The notes under the pieces were generated by a model. The model saw only the letters and a program-made list of their open reading frames with translations. It was not told the DNA's origin and searched no databases. From the NCBI GenBank assembly GCA_963752595.1, contig CAVVYZ010000027.1:1-14345 (forward strand): a DNA stretch of 14,345 bases, read 5' to 3'. The translations under genes were made by a program, and so were the position numbers. How positions within the stretch are numbered: the first letter of the stretch is position 1; the number at the start of each line of letters is the position of its first letter. This DNA comes from an uncultured delta proteobacterium. GTDB taxonomy: Bacteria > Desulfobacterota > Desulfomonilia > UBA1062. Positions 1-8,000 of the stretch are shown piece by piece.

Positions 1-50
1 ACCACGTAGGTCCTTTTTGCGCCTCTGTCCAGTTGCCGGATCTGATCCAT
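1..50 (-). CDS. 5' end of a gene running off the left edge (MDQIRQLDRGAKRTYV...), product unknown
   Basis: ATG at 50..48 is preceded by GGGGAG-ACCA and the frame is open to the window edge. An alternative in-frame GTG at 5..3 is preceded by AAAGGA-CCTAC. Confidence 0.4.
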   Translation of the reverse strand, partial: MDQIRQLDRGAKRTYV

Positions 51-58
51 TGGTCTCC

Positions 59-74
59 CCAAGGGCCGTGCCAA
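59..74 (-). promoter_or_regulatory. Possible sigma54 (-24/-12) promoter, imperfect -12
   Basis: Minus strand reads TTGGCACG-GCCC-TTGG versus consensus YTGGCACG-N4-TTGC. The -12 element is GG rather than GC. It fits a leadered mRNA only if the GTG at 5 is the start. Confidence 0.25.
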
Positions 75-171
75 GGTTTTTTAAGAATACCTTTTCCGAA
101 AGACTATGACTGGAGCATTTTATCATGGATGTCCTGGAGGACAGTTCTGGGGTGGGTTTTTCTTTGTAAAG

Positions 172-211
172 GCTTTCCACGGCCCCCTGCTGCCAAGGGA
201 CCGTGAAAAGC
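172..211 (-). terminator. Strong RNA hairpin just 3' of the 219..503 gene (terminator or 3' stabiliser)
   Basis: Minus strand GCUUUUCACGGUCCCUUG-GCAG-CAGGGGGCCGUGGAAAGC forms an 18-bp stem. Its three non-Watson-Crick positions are G.U pairs on this strand only. It starts 7 nt after the stop and is followed by a short CUUU. Confidence 0.65.
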
Positions 212-218
212 AGCGACA

Positions 219-503
219 TCACCAAGCCGCCTTTACCCGGCTGGAAAGTTTGAACAGAGAAATAGCCTTATTTTTCTGGTGCGAATGTCTCTGGTCGTAG
301 AGAAAATGAGCTTGCTTCTTGAGAAAGTGACTGCTGATTGCATCCCTGAGTGTCTGGGAGTGCCCCTGCTCAAAGAGCCTGTTCACAAATACCTGGAGAA
401 CAGCCATCTCGTCACGGGTACCCTTGAGCCGGTTCAGAATGTCCATCAGCTCATCGGTCTTCTGTACAGCCTGTTCTCTTGCATCTATAACCGTGTTCTC
501 CAT
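219..503 (-). CDS. Small hypothetical protein (94 aa, predicted helical)
   Basis: Strong SD AGAGGAGGAG 5 nt before the ATG and a strand-specific hairpin after the stop. No family recognised. Confidence 0.7.
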   Translation of the reverse strand: MENTVIDAREQAVQKTDELMDILNRLKGTRDEMAVLQVFVNRLFEQGHSQTLRDAISSHFLKKQAHFLYDQRHSHQKNKAISLFKLSSRVKAAW

Positions 504-676
504 GATTACTCCTCCTCTTGCTGGAAATGATCTCGGTGAACTTCATTGGAGATATCCCTATACATAACTCAAAGAGCTGTCTTGACAAGAAGGCATCCCG
601 GTTTTCGAATACGGTGCTTCCGGTAAATACCAAGACCTCCCTTTTAACCTCTTGGGTGATCTTTTCGATAACATAA

Positions 677-692
677 TCAAATCTTATGCCAG
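677..692 (-). promoter_or_regulatory. Candidate sigma54 promoter for the 219..503 gene
   Basis: Minus strand CTGGCAT-AAGAT-TTGA has correct -24/-12 spacing, with a GA variant at -12. A near-consensus IHF-like site (TATCAAATAATTC) lies upstream at 769..781. Confidence 0.4.
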
Positions 693-856
693 CTTGAGAC
701 GGTATGTGCGCAGATACGATCACGCATTGAGCCTAAGAGGCTGTATTCCCATGGGTATTAATTACAATGAATTATTTGATATGCAACGGAGACTCTTTAC
801 AAGGATTTCATCCATGCAAGCATCATAGGCATAAAGATTCAAAGAGCAGCATGGCA

Positions 857-889
857 CCCGTTATCCGAGAACTGTACCGGATAAACAGG
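857..889. repeat. Inverted repeat TTATCCG-N10-CGGATAA (core 861..884); hairpin 3' of the YdcF gene or a protein-binding palindrome
   Basis: Perfect 7-bp arms. On the minus strand the stem extends by CCUG/CGGG with a G.U pair and one bulge. No U-tract follows. Confidence 0.45.
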
Positions 890-958
890 ACATTTATAAC
901 ATGCTGTTTTACTTTCTAGTCGTACGCATCATCCTCATGAGAGGAGGCAGCTATTCTC

Positions 959-1624
959 TCACCCCGCATGAAGTATCTGGGAAACCGTGTCCACGAAAGA
1001 GGTAAGCATCTGTGAGAATCTCTGGTAAAACAGGAACCATGCTATCTTCGAATACTCCATGGCTATCCAGGACAGGCTCTTCCGGTCCTTCCACCAGGCC
1101 TTGCGAATCTTTTCATACCGGTCCGGCACACAGGTAATTACATAAGTATCCTTAGGGAAGACATATTCTGCCAGCAGCTTCACCCTTCGCATATGGTAGG
1201 GAGAGCTTACGATAATCGCTGAATCGAAGCCATAGGCTTTCATGTATTCTTTTGCAAGAATGAGCTCGAGATGGGTGTTCTCGTGCCAGCGATACTGCGG
1301 GTGCACTTTATAGGCAAGGATGGACAGCTCGGAAAGCTCTTCTTTGACCTGCATGGGGATCTTTTCCTTTGCATCCGTAACCTTCACGAGCCGGTAACGG
1401 GGAGGTATGAGAAGGACATTGGAAAAGCCTTCCGAAATAAGCTGGTATGCTTCTTTTTTTCTTTCAAGGTATTCCGTTCCGAGAAGCGGTATGATGCAAT
1501 CAGCCTTCTTTGGTTCTTCTCGATAAATAAGATACTTTGGTGCATTATGAGAAAGGATAGGCAAGGAGCCTAGGGCTAAGAGGATGAGACATGCTATGAT
1601 GAAGTATTTTAGTTTCCTCTTCAT
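959..1624 (-). CDS. YdcF/DUF218 (ElyC/SanA-like) family membrane-anchored protein
   Basis: N-terminal basic plus hydrophobic anchor. Family motifs PKKADCIIPLLG, ENTHLE and AIIVSSPYHMRR, plus a C-terminal WW...MEYSKIAWF segment. AAGGGA lies upstream of the ATG. Confidence 0.88.
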   Translation of the reverse strand: MKRKLKYFIIACLILLALGSLPILSHNAPKYLIYREEPKKADCIIPLLGTEYLERKKEAYQLISEGFSNVLLIPPRYRLVKVTDAKEKIPMQVKEELSELSILAYKVHPQYRWHENTHLELILAKEYMKAYGFDSAIIVSSPYHMRRVKLLAEYVFPKDTYVITCVPDRYEKIRKAWWKDRKSLSWIAMEYSKIAWFLFYQRFSQMLTSFVDTVSQILHAG

Positions 1625-2021
1625 GAGCAGTGTATCCCTTTGGTTTTCCGTACCTTTATCCTGATCCGGGCATTTCAGATATTGTGGACGATGCCGGGAT
1701 CTCCTTAGCTGGGGTTATATTTCCACGCAAACCATCTGACATTTCCAACGACTCGTCCTTTCCTGTCGCCAGGTACTGAAATTACGTCTCATAAAGGTTT
1801 TGTCCTAGTATTAATACTCTAAATCATCCTTGCTGGTCAATCGTGGAATTCCTTATGGAACAGGGATAACCCGGGAGTGGGTGCGATTTTCGAGAAGAGC
1901 CTTAAACCGGGAAAAGCTTCAGGGAAGTGACTGATATATTAAAGGATGGAATGCCTGGAAAATAAGCGCGGGTAGTATTATATTTTTATGGTGTTTATGA
2001 GCTTATATTGCATTGAAGGTA

Positions 2022-2050
2022 TTGACTTGTATGGAATATGGTTTTATCCT
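2022..2050 (+). promoter_or_regulatory. Sigma70-type promoter of the Sel1-repeat gene
   Basis: TTGACT (2022-2027), 17-nt spacer, TATCCT (2045-2050), with an AT-rich upstream stretch. A G-rich SD precedes ATG 2104. Confidence 0.6.
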
Positions 2051-2103
2051 TAGCGCGTTATTATTGAGGGCAACTGTTTTTATGTGAGGGGAGAGGGGTC
2101 TCT

Positions 2104-2574
2104 ATGAGCAGGCATGGACTGGTCGTACCGCTGATGATCATCGCAAGTACATGCTTGGCTATCCTGCACTTCCCTCTGCAGGCATGGGCTGGTGAAGGGG
2201 AAGAATTCAATGCGGCAATTAGAGAGAATCTCTTGCCGGCTCAACAGGGAGATCCTCAGGCCCAGGTCTTTCTTGGGTATCTCTACGAAACCGGTCAGGG
2301 TGTTCAACAGAATTTCTCAAGGGCGGCCCAGTGGTATTGGAAGGCGGCAGAACAGGGGAATGCCATCGCGCAGTACCAGCTCGGGAACATGTACCACCTC
2401 GGGAAAGGCGTTTCCCAGAACTATATCCTCGCATACATGTGGCTTGATCTGGCTGCCACGGGTGGGAATCCAAATGCAAAGGAGATCAGGAGGCTGATCG
2501 CAAGCAAAATGAGTGCTGTCGAAATCGCCGATGCCAAGCGGAAGTCCGAGGAATGGAAACCGAAGAAGAAGTGA
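2104..2574 (+). CDS. Secreted Sel1-like repeat (SLR/TPR) protein
   Basis: Signal peptide ending LQAWA. Two full Sel1 repeats (AQVFLGYLYETGQGVQQNFSRAAQWYWKAAEQG; AQYQLGNMYHLGKGVSQNYILAYMWLDLAATGG) and a typical capping helix. Confidence 0.92.
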   Translation: MSRHGLVVPLMIIASTCLAILHFPLQAWAGEGEEFNAAIRENLLPAQQGDPQAQVFLGYLYETGQGVQQNFSRAAQWYWKAAEQGNAIAQYQLGNMYHLGKGVSQNYILAYMWLDLAATGGNPNAKEIRRLIASKMSAVEIADAKRKSEEWKPKKK

Positions 2575-2637
2575 GCCGGTTTTACTCAGGTTTTATAGGA
2601 GTATCTTTTTGAAGGCGGCATGTTCGGATTGGATGAG

Positions 2638-3393
2638 CTATAATTTATTGCTCAAACAATATCTCTTTTCTACCTCATCATGAGGTGCATCATTTATCGG
2701 GGCATTCTGCAGAAAGCCAAGGGTAAGCTACTTGTTGCTGTTAATCCTGTATACATCGGATGTCAGGAGGTGTGCATTCCAGCAGGAAGGATTGATCATT
2801 ATTGCAGCTTCAGCTATGGTATATGCATCTATGGTGCAGTGTCCTGCTCTAGCATGCGCCTTCCTAAGGCCTCGCAAAGACTTGCGATCCCTGCTGGCGA
2901 TGCCGTCGATCCCCTTATCTGTATCCATACCGAACGAGCGCATGAACTCTTCAAAGGCAAGGAGCAAAGCTTCTGTATCCTTGACCGCAACGCTTGTCAG
3001 AATCATCCCTGCGAGAATCGCCTTCCCGGCATCGGCATCTATCCTGTCGTCCGCATCGAGCCACAACAGATAATCCAAGACGGCGAGCTCTATGGATTTA
3101 TTGCGGGCCGCGGAAAAATCATCACACCAGTTAAAATGGCCGATGTTCACGCCGTAAGACCGCAGGATCTCCAGTGTCCTGTCAGGGGACCCGGTATCGA
3201 CTACAACCACCTCATCAAAGATCCCCTTGATGTCTTCCAGCAGGCTTCCGATATTTTTTTCCTCATTCTTCACGATCATTACAACGCCGAGACGGGAGCG
3301 GATGTCTCCGGATATCGGCAACGAAGAATTGCGGAAAGAAACTGGAGGCTTTCCCGATGAGGTCGGTTTCCTTTCATGAATACTGTTAGTCAT
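2638..3393 (-). pseudogene. Degenerate GT2 family glycosyltransferase (remnant of a GT2-TPR protein); annotated ORF 2728..3393
   Basis: GT2 N-terminal motifs MIVKNEE, VVVDTGSPDRT, WCDDFSAARN and WLDADD are present. The rest of the GT-A fold is missing and the sequence switches to a helical, TPR-like tail. After the TAG at 2728-2730 the frame continues for 29 codons (LTLGFLQNAPINDAPHDEVEKRY...) to a TAG at 2638-2640. Confidence 0.7.
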
Positions 3394-3525
3394 GAGTCAC
3401 CTATCCGGACCTCTTCGGGATTGTCTTACCATGGGTTATCCTTCTCATCTGGAATTCGATCATTTTAATTAAACATGTTCCCGGGTGTAAAATTAATTGC
3501 CTGGAAAAGTTCTACACTTTTCATG

Positions 3526-3554
3526 TCAACATTATCAAACATATCGTGTATAAT
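3526..3554 (+). promoter_or_regulatory. Probable sigma70 promoter of the FkbM-like gene
   Basis: TCAACA (3526-3531), 17-nt spacer, perfect TATAAT (3549-3554), ending 23 nt before ATG 3578. Confidence 0.5.
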
Positions 3555-3577
3555 ATAAATAAAAAAAGGTTGAGTGA

Positions 3578-4402
3578 ATGGCTAAAGTAACACTTCATCG
3601 GACCAGTCGGGTGAAACCGGAAAGTGCCTATCTGCAGCAATACCGGAAGAACATAACATCTCAATCCGGAGAAGATGGGGTAATTGAAAAAATATTTGAA
3701 ACCATGGGAGCGAGCAACAAATGGTGTGTCGAGTTCGGCGCCTGGGATGGCAAGCATTTCAGCAATTCCTGGAATTTGATTAACAATCATGACTGGAAGG
3801 GAGTGCTCATTGAGGGCAACGCGGACAGGCATAAGGAATTAACACAGACCTATGCCGACAACCCCAATGTAATTGCATTCAACAGGCTGGTCGATATGGC
3901 AGCCGGGGAAAACTCTCTTGATTCCATTTTAGGCCAGACGCCGATTCCTAAGGATTTCGACTTCCTGTGCATCGATATCGATGGGTGCGACTGGCAGATC
4001 TGGAAGTCCGTCGCTGAGTATACTCCTCGGCTTGTATCTATCGAATTCAATCCGACAATACCAAACAACGTGCATTTCGTCCAGGATGACGATATGAGGG
4101 TCGCTCACGGTTCATCTTTGCGGGCAATGATCGAGCTCGGCAAAGAAAAGGGGTACGATCTGGTGGCCACGACGCTTTACAACGGCTTTTTTGTCAGGAA
4201 CGAGGATTTCCAAAAGTTCGGCATTGCTGATAATTCCATTGATGCAATGCATACTCCTGATGGCTATGAGAGCTTTTTCTTCCAGCTTTATGATGGGACG
4301 GTGGTGCTTGCCGGATGCAGTCAGCTGGTCTGGCAAGGCGTTCCGATCAGCCTTGAAGACATTCAGGTCCTGCCGAGGGCATTGAGACGATATAAAGGAT
4401 AG
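3578..4402 (+). CDS. FkbM-like (Methyltransf_21-related) SAM-dependent methyltransferase
   Basis: Motifs SQSGEDGVIEKIF, CVEFGAWDG...SNS, WKGVLIEG, DFLCIDIDGCDW and PRLVSIEFNP are typical of this family, which often occurs in glycan loci. Confidence 0.8.
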   Translation: MAKVTLHRTSRVKPESAYLQQYRKNITSQSGEDGVIEKIFETMGASNKWCVEFGAWDGKHFSNSWNLINNHDWKGVLIEGNADRHKELTQTYADNPNVIAFNRLVDMAAGENSLDSILGQTPIPKDFDFLCIDIDGCDWQIWKSVAEYTPRLVSIEFNPTIPNNVHFVQDDDMRVAHGSSLRAMIELGKEKGYDLVATTLYNGFFVRNEDFQKFGIADNSIDAMHTPDGYESFFFQLYDGTVVLAGCSQLVWQGVPISLEDIQVLPRALRRYKG

Positions 4403-4553
4403 GAAGCCCAGTATCTTTTTAGAAATCCATCGATCAAAACCTGCTGAAGACATCCTTGCCGGGTGGTCATAGGCACGGTACATCCTTCTCGCCATCGGAT
4501 CGGTGAGGGATACTCCAGGAAAAACCCCCGGGAGGATCCCAGTGAAATTCTGC

Positions 4554-5067
4554 TTATTTTTCAGCTATCATATTGATGCTGATGGGCATGCCGTTAAAAG
4601 TAAATGAGCTGGTGTCATCAAAAATCCAAAAAATGTCAACCGTCTTGAGATTACAGAACCCTGCTTCATTCAGGAAGGCCGACAGTATCTCCCCGTTGAA
4701 AGCCGTCTTGTGGTAATCATATTCATCCACATGACCGCCGAGGATCATTCTCATCACGGTAAAACGATCCTTCAGGCTCAGGGTGTCTTTCTTGAGAAAG
4801 AGTTCGGCCAGCTTGTCAAGATCAGGCACACTCACATAGAATCTGCCGCCGGGTTTCATTACCCTGCGCCATTCCTTGAGTACCTGGAGCAACTCCCCGG
4901 CATAATCGAAATGTTCAAGTACATGGGAGGCATAGATCTCGTCAAATGTATTGTCATCGAACCGTGATAAATCCTTCGCATTTCCGATATGATCAACATA
5001 CGGTCCTTCTAAGGCATTGAATATTTCCCATTCAGGATTAGATTTCCTTCCTCCGATGTGTAGCTTT
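4554..5067 (-). other. C-terminal class I SAM methyltransferase domain of gene C (Methyltransf_11/COG4627-like)
   Basis: Motifs KLHIGG, FDDNTFDEIYASHVLEHF, LKEWRRVMKPGGRFYVSVPD and ISINMIAEK. Confidence 0.85.
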
Positions 5068-8000
5068 CTGGTTTTGCTCTTCACCCCTTCGTTATCCTGC
5101 TGCAAGGAGCTGAGGGCATTGTCTCTGTTGGAAACAGCGTCCTCATGCTCCGGATCGATCCTGATGGCCTCATTGAAATGGTGTAGTGCCATCTGCTGAT
5201 TACCTGTCTGCCAGTAAACAACTCCGACATTGTTATGGACAGCGGCGTTATCAGGATCAATCTCGATCGCCTTATGAAAGGCACTCATCGCATCTTCCAG
5301 GCGACCTGCGGCAAAGAGTTCTTCTCCCTGGTGGTTGATTTCGTTTGCGAGTGCGATGTGTTGCTGAATGCCTTCAGGAACGGTTTCTGCAGGTTCGGAA
5401 GAGTTCACGCTGTCCCCAATACAACCGTTGCCCGATGAGCACTGTTTATTCCATATTCTTCTGTACTCGTTTTCCAGTCTTTTAGTAAAACCCCGTGCAT
5501 CTGTAAGATGTGATTTCTCCATCATTGTCCTGAGGTTCTGTCGCAGATGTTTCAACCTTTCAACAGCTTCAGCAAGGCTGACAGCCTTGGCAATATAATC
5601 ATCCGGAGAATTTGCAGCGAACTCTGCAATGCCCATGTTCGAGAGGATGCTGAAAGAAACTCTCGATACATGGCTGTGGCCTATGAGCGTGATAACCGGC
5701 ACCCCCATCCAGAGGGCCTCGCAGGTTGTCGTTGTGCCGTTGTACGGGAACGTATCAAGGGCAATGTCGATCTTGTTGTAAAGATCAAGGTGATCGAAAA
5801 AAGAAGGAGTGTCGCCAAAGAGTGTTATCCGGTCTTGTGGAACACCGTTCTTGCTAAACACATCGAACAGAAGATCCTGTGTTCCCTTATCAGATAATGA
5901 GCCAGATTTCAGGATGAGGCGGGAATCAGGGATCTTGACCATTATCTCCGCCCAGGTTTGTACGACATGTTCGGTTATCTTGGCCCGGTGGTTGAACGAT
6001 CCGAACGTGACATGTCCGGCGGAGAGTGCAGGGAGTTTTTTTACTATAGGCGCAACCTCAGGGGGCTGATAACACAGAAAACCACCTGAAAGTCGTATAA
6101 GCTCCTCAGTGGCGAAGCGGCTTTGATTATCCACCGGGTCTGCCCAGGAATCCGTAATACGGTAATCCATGGTTTTCAATGCCGTGGTATCAGGATAGCC
6201 GAGATAGGTCACCTGGACAGGTGCCGGCTTGCGGGCGAATACAAGCATGCGGTTGTTTGCCGTATGCCCGGCAAGGTCAATGAGAATGTCGATTCTATCC
6301 TGACGTATCAGGCCGGCGACTTCTTCATCGGATCTGCCCCGGATGTCTCGCCATTCATGTGCCAGGGCTTTGAATCTTTTCGTAAAAGAATCGGACTCAA
6401 GAACATCCGAGTAACAATAGACCGTAAATGCGCCGGGATCGTGCGAGGAGAGTATTCCTTTCAAGAAGTAGGCAACTGAGTGGATCCTGAAATCAGGAGA
6501 CACATACCCGATGCGGATGGTTCTGCCTTCAGTTCTGTCGGGGAAGAAAGTCCTCGCCTTATCCGTAAAGGCCTCTGTATGCTTCTTTGCCCAATCCTCA
6601 TGAAAACTGAGAACGGCATCCTGGTCGGTAGAATCATCATAATGCAACGCAAGCAGCAGGTTTGAATGGGCATCGTTATACCCGGGCCTGAGTTCCACGG
6701 CCTTCTTATAGCTGACAATGGCATCTTGTATCCTGCCCTGATCTTTGTAGAGATTCCCCAGGTTGTTGTATGCCTCCGGATTGTCGGGCTGTATCTCGAT
6801 TGCCTTCAGATAGGAAGCGGTAGCATCTGCGAAATTGATCATGCTTTTCAACGTATTTGCCATATTGTAGTATGCATTGGCATATCCCGGCTGCAAGGAA
6901 ATAGCGTTCTTGTATGCATTCAGTGAATCTTCCAGCCTTCCTGAGTCTCTGTAGACATTACCGAGATTATTGTATGCCTGGGCATATGATGGCTGTATCT
7001 GGATAATCTTTCCAAAGGCGGCTTCGGCGGATGTATAGTTTTCCATATCCAGGAATACATTGCCGAGATTATTATAAGCTTGAACGTATCCAGGGTTAAT
7101 CCGGATGGCCTTTTCATAAGAGTCTACAGCCCTACGGTAGTTCTTTGTCTCCTTGAAGACATTGCCGAGATTATAAAAAGCCTCGGCATAGTCGGTTTGA
7201 ATTTCAGCGGCTTTTTGAAAGGCTGCTATCGCTTCTTGGAACTTTCCCAGCTTTCTGAATACAGTACCGAGGTTATTGTACGCCTGAGCAAAATCCGGCT
7301 TCAGGCTGATTGCCTTCTCATACTGCTCAGTTGCAGGATCCATCTTTCCCAGGGCCTTGAACACATTCCCCAGATTGCAGTGGTATGAGGGCATATCCGG
7401 TTTTATGGCAAGCGCTTTGCTGATATAGTTTTCAGCAAGATCATAATTCCCTGCTTGATAGGATATGACGCCAAGGTTATGGAGCGCTGTTGCGTTGCCG
7501 GGGTCCTGTTCGAGCACCTTGAGAAATGTACTTCTGGCCTCATCCATATGTCCTGATCCGAAAGACGCTTCTCCTTCCCGGATAAGGGATTTCAGATGAT
7601 TGGAAATGAACGGCTGTTCTGTTTCTTTAGAGACTTCTCCGTTAATGACATCAGGCATGGCCTTCTCCTTACTGCTCCATTTTTTCCACGCGGTTCTCAA
7701 TTCATGTTCAAGATTATGTGTGAAACCGGCTGCGTCCATCAAAGGCGACTTTTCCATCATGTCCCTGAGATTATACCGTAGGTGTTTAAGCCTTTCGATA
7801 TCTTCTGCAAGGTGTATTGCATTGGCTATATACTCAGCAGGAGAACCTCCTGCGAGCTCCGAGAGGCCGATGCTCGAAAGGATGCTGAAACTGACCCGTG
7901 AGACATGGATGCCGCCTTTGAGCGCAATCACCGGAACTCCCATCCAGAGGGCCTCGCAGGTTGTCGTTGTGCCGTTGTATGGGAATGTATCGAGTGCTAT

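Noticed and set aside
106-530. Plus-strand ORFs 106..300 and 279..530
   Set aside because: They are antisense to the 219..503 gene and its hairpin, and show no motifs.
451-723. 90-aa minus-strand ORF
   Set aside because: It has a GTG start with no SD, overlaps the better-supported 219..503 gene by 53 bp, and spans that gene's candidate promoter and leader. It is not fully excluded.
1625-2020. Long divergent intergenic region as ncRNA or riboswitch
   Set aside because: No recognisable riboswitch, tRNA or strong structure was seen by eye. An Rfam scan would settle it.
2680-3360. 226-aa plus-strand ORF
   Set aside because: It is the antisense shadow of the GT2 remnant, which carries the recognisable motifs.
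6690-7400. Roughly 102-bp periodic repeats (e.g. CCGAGATT) as a CRISPR array or DNA tandem repeat
   Set aside because: The period matches 34-aa TPR units (YNNLG codons) inside a coding frame. There are no identical repeats with unique spacers.
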